Source: Candidatus Latescibacterota bacterium (GTDB taxonomy: Bacteria > Latescibacterota > UBA2968 > UBA8231). From it: a stretch of 64,000 nucleotides of DNA. The DNA lies in the NCBI GenBank assembly GCA_965206595.1, contig OZ242214.1:4544001-4608000 (forward strand), in the 5' to 3' direction. The position numbers and the translations under genes are program-made. Positions 61,010 through 64,000 of this stretch are shown here, one piece after another. Position 1 is the first letter of the stretch, and every line of letters starts with the position of its first letter. The notes below the pieces were generated by a model that saw only the letters and a program-made list of their open reading frames with translations, made no database searches and had not been told where the DNA came from.

Positions 61010-61789
61010 ATGAAAGAGAAGGTCTGGCTCTGGTGTCACCCGACGGGAGTTCACGATGGGCGCTGGAACCTGCCCGCTTCCTCCGCGGCTCCGGCGGAGG
61101 CCCTCGACTACCTCGGTATCGAGAACGCGATCTACGTCGTCTTCAACAATATCCCGCAGCCCCCCTTCGCTCCCCACATCGGCGGCCTCAAGGAAGCGCG
61201 CCGGCTCGTTTGGTCGATCGTCGGCGATTCGAGCAGCGACCGGAACGACGACCGCGCCGACCTGGAGCCGGTGCTCGAGCTCGCCCGCGACTGCCCCAAT
61301 CTCACCGGCGCGATCACGGACGACTTCTTCCTGCCCCAACCGGGTCCCAATGGGGAGCAGGCGCGGCTTTCTCTCGACGAGCTCGCCGGCTGCGGCGACG
61401 CCCTCGGACGCTGCGAGCCGGCGCTGGAGCTGTGGACGGTCGTCTACGACATGATTCTCGGCCGGCCCCTGAAGCCGTATCTCGACCTGTGCGACGTGGT
61501 GACCTACTGGACCTGGGAGGCGAAGAATCTCGTCGATCTCGAGGGAAACTTTGCCGCGGTCGAGGCGGTTGCCCCGGACTGCCGCAAGCTTCTCGGCTGC
61601 TACATGTGGGACTACGGCTCCGGGGGGGCCGAGGTTCCGCCCGAGCTCATGGAGAAGCAGTGTCGCCTTGCCGAGTCGTGGATCGACTCCGGGCGCATCG
61701 ACGGGGTGATTTTCCTGGCCGGCAACCTCCACGGCACGAGAACCGCGGGAATCGAGTACGTCAGGGACTGGCTCGCCGATCGCTGGTAA
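61010..61789 (+). CDS. Hypothetical protein (possible TIM-barrel)
   Basis: Strong RBS GAAAGGAGG, host-like codon usage, TGAITDDFF and GCYMWDY motifs. Confidence 0.75.
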   Translation: MKEKVWLWCHPTGVHDGRWNLPASSAAPAEALDYLGIENAIYVVFNNIPQPPFAPHIGGLKEARRLVWSIVGDSSSDRNDDRADLEPVLELARDCPNLTGAITDDFFLPQPGPNGEQARLSLDELAGCGDALGRCEPALELWTVVYDMILGRPLKPYLDLCDVVTYWTWEAKNLVDLEGNFAAVEAVAPDCRKLLGCYMWDYGSGGAEVPPELMEKQCRLAESWIDSGRIDGVIFLAGNLHGTRTAGIEYVRDWLADRW

Positions 61790-61839
61790 GGTATCGCGGC
61801 ACATCATCCTGATAAGCTGGCGGATTCCGTGTTCGTCCG

Positions 61840-64000
61840 TCAGATGCCGCCTGTCGCCCCAGGCAGGGACCGGGTTCGCCTTGAAGGCAACCCCTCGTCC
61901 GCGCCGCCGCCCCGGGAAATGCCTCTTCCGGAAACGGCGGCAGCCACCTGTTCGCCCCAGGAGACCGGCACGCGCATGCGGCCCTCGTTCTTGCGGTCGA
62001 AGAGCAGGAACCCCTGGTCGAGGCCGTGGCGGAAGAGATCGCGGGTGAGTTGGACGTCGTGGCGGCAGTACTCCTCGATGAGGTCGAGGCGGCCCTGTTT
62101 CCACCAGCGCAGCGCCTGCAGGCCGTCGGCCGTTTTCGCGGCGTTGAGGGTCGCCGCCGCCAGCCCCTGGAGACTGACGCGGTAGTTGAGGTGGGCGTGC
62201 ACCTCGCGCAGGATGTCGAGGGTGTTGAGCTCGCGGAAGTCGTAACGGGAGTAACCGCGCAGGACGCTGTAGTCGAAGCCGATGACGTTGAAGCCGACGA
62301 CGAGGTCGGCTCTCCGAAGCAGCCCGATCAGCTCGTCGATGCGGTCCTCGAAGAAGGTGAGGAAGCGGTCCTCGCGGCTGTCCCAGGCGATGCCGCACGA
62401 CACCCGCATCAGGCTGGTCTTGTTCCAGCCCCCTACTTCCGCGGCGCTGAGCTGGGTTTCGAGATCGAACACCACGACGTGCGGGCTCTCCTCTGTTTCC
62501 GCCCGACTTTCCTCTCCTTCCCGGTCCTCCCCCAGCTCCCAGTCGGCGAACAGGGGCGGCTCCTCCTCGATGGCGCTGACCGCCAGCGATTCCTCGTCGA
62601 GGCCGCGGCGCCCGCTGAGTATCTCGAGGAGGTGGATGCAGCCGGCCTTGTCGAGGGGATGGTTGCCGGCGCCGCAGCTGGGGAAGTGGATGCAGGAGGG
62701 ACAGCCCTCGTCGCAGTCGCAGCCGGCGACCATTTCCAGGGTGAGCTCGAACAGGCGGTCGAGCATGTCGTACCCGGTCTCGGCGAGGCCGATGCCCCCG
62801 GGGTACTGGTCGTAGATGAAGATGGCGCCCTTTGCGAGCTGCGGGTGCAGCGGGTAGCAGATGCCGCCGACGTCGGTCTGCTTGCTCAGCGCCAGCATCG
62901 GGAACAGCGATTTAACCGCGTGCTCGACGGCGTGCAGCGATCCCATGTGGTGAAAGCCGTGGCGCTTGAGCTGCTTCTTGAAGGGGGCGTCCATCTCGAT
63001 CCAGAAGCCGACGGTTTCGAACTGCTGCACCGGGTTTTCGAGGGCATGGCGGCCGAGGATGGCCTGGTCGCCGACACGCACCTTCTCGTAGGCGATCACC
63101 TGTGAGCTGACCAGCAGCCGGCCGAGCCTGGCCATGTACCCGTGCATCGGCCTGGCGCGCTGCTCTTCGATGATCTCCGTCTCCTTTTCGTACTTGGGGC
63201 GGGTGTAGTAGGGGACGTCGACGGCCTCGGCCTCGATCTGCCGTTTGGCGGGATTGCGCGCGCCGATCAGGTACTGGCGCCCGCGGTGCAGGTAGATGGC
63301 CCCCTCGTAGCACTCGCCGTAGAGCTGGCCGCCGCTCACCGAACCGATGGTCCGCTGCCGGTGCACGATGTTCCAGGACTCGCCGATGGAGCGCATGTTG
63401 ACCAGGCGGTGCGGCTGCCTGCGCGCCGCGAACCAGGCGTCGCCGTCGGCGCTGCGCAGCAGCGTCCCCGCGGCGGTGAGCTCGTCGAGCGCCTCGCGGT
63501 AGCCGTCGATGGCGTACTCCGGTTCGTCGGCGGCAAGCGGCAACTCCCGCGCCGCGCAGGCGAGGTGGTCCTGGAGGATGTAGCGGTTCGAGGGGTCGGC
63601 GACGGCGTTCTCGACCCGGCGCTGGAAAACGTGGTGCGGGTTGGCCATGAAGAACTGGTCGAGGGCGTCGCGGCCGGCGATGAGGAGCACCAGCGACTCG
63701 CGCCCGGAACGCCCGACGCGCCCGGCGCGCTGCCAGGTGTTGACGATGCTCCCCGGGTAGCCGACGAGCACGCAGACGTCGAGGCCCCCGATATCGATGC
63801 CGAGCTCCAGCGCCGAGGTGGAGACGACGCCGAGCAGGTCGCCGGAGACCAGCCGGGCTTCGATCTCGCGGCGCTCCTCCGGCATGTACCCGGCGCGGTA
63901 CGAGCTGATGCGGTCGCGCAGGTCGGGGCGCGCCTGCGTGGCCCAGCGGTAGATGAGCTCGGTGACGACGCGGGCGCGCGTGAACACGATGGAGCGGAAT
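61840..64000 (-). CDS. MrfA/YprA-type DEAH helicase + DUF1998 Zn domain + DEDD/RNase H-like exonuclease fusion (5' end outside window)
   Basis: TSALELGIDIG, QRAGRVGR, YEGAIYLH, CDCDEGCPSC, FDLETQ, GFNVIGFD, YCRHDV. Confidence 0.9.
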   Translation of the reverse strand, partial: FRSIVFTRARVVTELIYRWATQARPDLRDRISSYRAGYMPEERREIEARLVSGDLLGVVSTSALELGIDIGGLDVCVLVGYPGSIVNTWQRAGRVGRSGRESLVLLIAGRDALDQFFMANPHHVFQRRVENAVADPSNRYILQDHLACAARELPLAADEPEYAIDGYREALDELTAAGTLLRSADGDAWFAARRQPHRLVNMRSIGESWNIVHRQRTIGSVSGGQLYGECYEGAIYLHRGRQYLIGARNPAKRQIEAEAVDVPYYTRPKYEKETEIIEEQRARPMHGYMARLGRLLVSSQVIAYEKVRVGDQAILGRHALENPVQQFETVGFWIEMDAPFKKQLKRHGFHHMGSLHAVEHAVKSLFPMLALSKQTDVGGICYPLHPQLAKGAIFIYDQYPGGIGLAETGYDMLDRLFELTLEMVAGCDCDEGCPSCIHFPSCGAGNHPLDKAGCIHLLEILSGRRGLDEESLAVSAIEEEPPLFADWELGEDREGEESRAETEESPHVVVFDLETQLSAAEVGGWNKTSLMRVSCGIAWDSREDRFLTFFEDRIDELIGLLRRADLVVGFNVIGFDYSVLRGYSRYDFRELNTLDILREVHAHLNYRVSLQGLAAATLNAAKTADGLQALRWWKQGRLDLIEEYCRHDVQLTRDLFRHGLDQGFLLFDRKNEGRMRVPVSWGEQVAAAVSGRGISRGGGADEGLPSRRTRSLPGATGGI

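Overview
GC-rich (roughly 65-70%) bacterial chromosomal segment. Gene content tentatively suggests an FCB-group or Latescibacterota-like lineage, which is inference only. Contents: (i) two surface-glycan clusters at 3.7-15.9 kb and 34.8-42.2 kb; (ii) a long minus-strand aromatic amino-acid supra-operon, trpE-trpG-trpD-trpC-trpS-aroQ-tyrA-aroA'-small ORF-aroE-argS-aroK-aroB-rimO, headed by a near-consensus sigma70 promoter and a complete Trp-type ribosome attenuator whose leader peptide is missing from the ORF track; (iii) two lower-GC defence insertions, namely a collapsed Zorya type I-like locus (truncated zorA joined directly to a frameshifted zorD C-terminus) and an intact type II restriction-modification pair; (iv) carbohydrate and sulfate-ester catabolic genes; (v) a partial MrfA-type helicase fused to a DEDD exonuclease. 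The most unusual items are a full-length AroA-fold protein that has lost almost every catalytic motif and is translationally coupled to an unannotated 46-aa membrane peptide, a tandem-YjbQ protein whose motifs are split between its two repeats, a GH32 lacking its acid/base Glu, and a DnaA-box-containing intergenic region. No rRNA, tRNA, CRISPR array or transposase was seen. All calls come from motif recognition by eye, with no database search.
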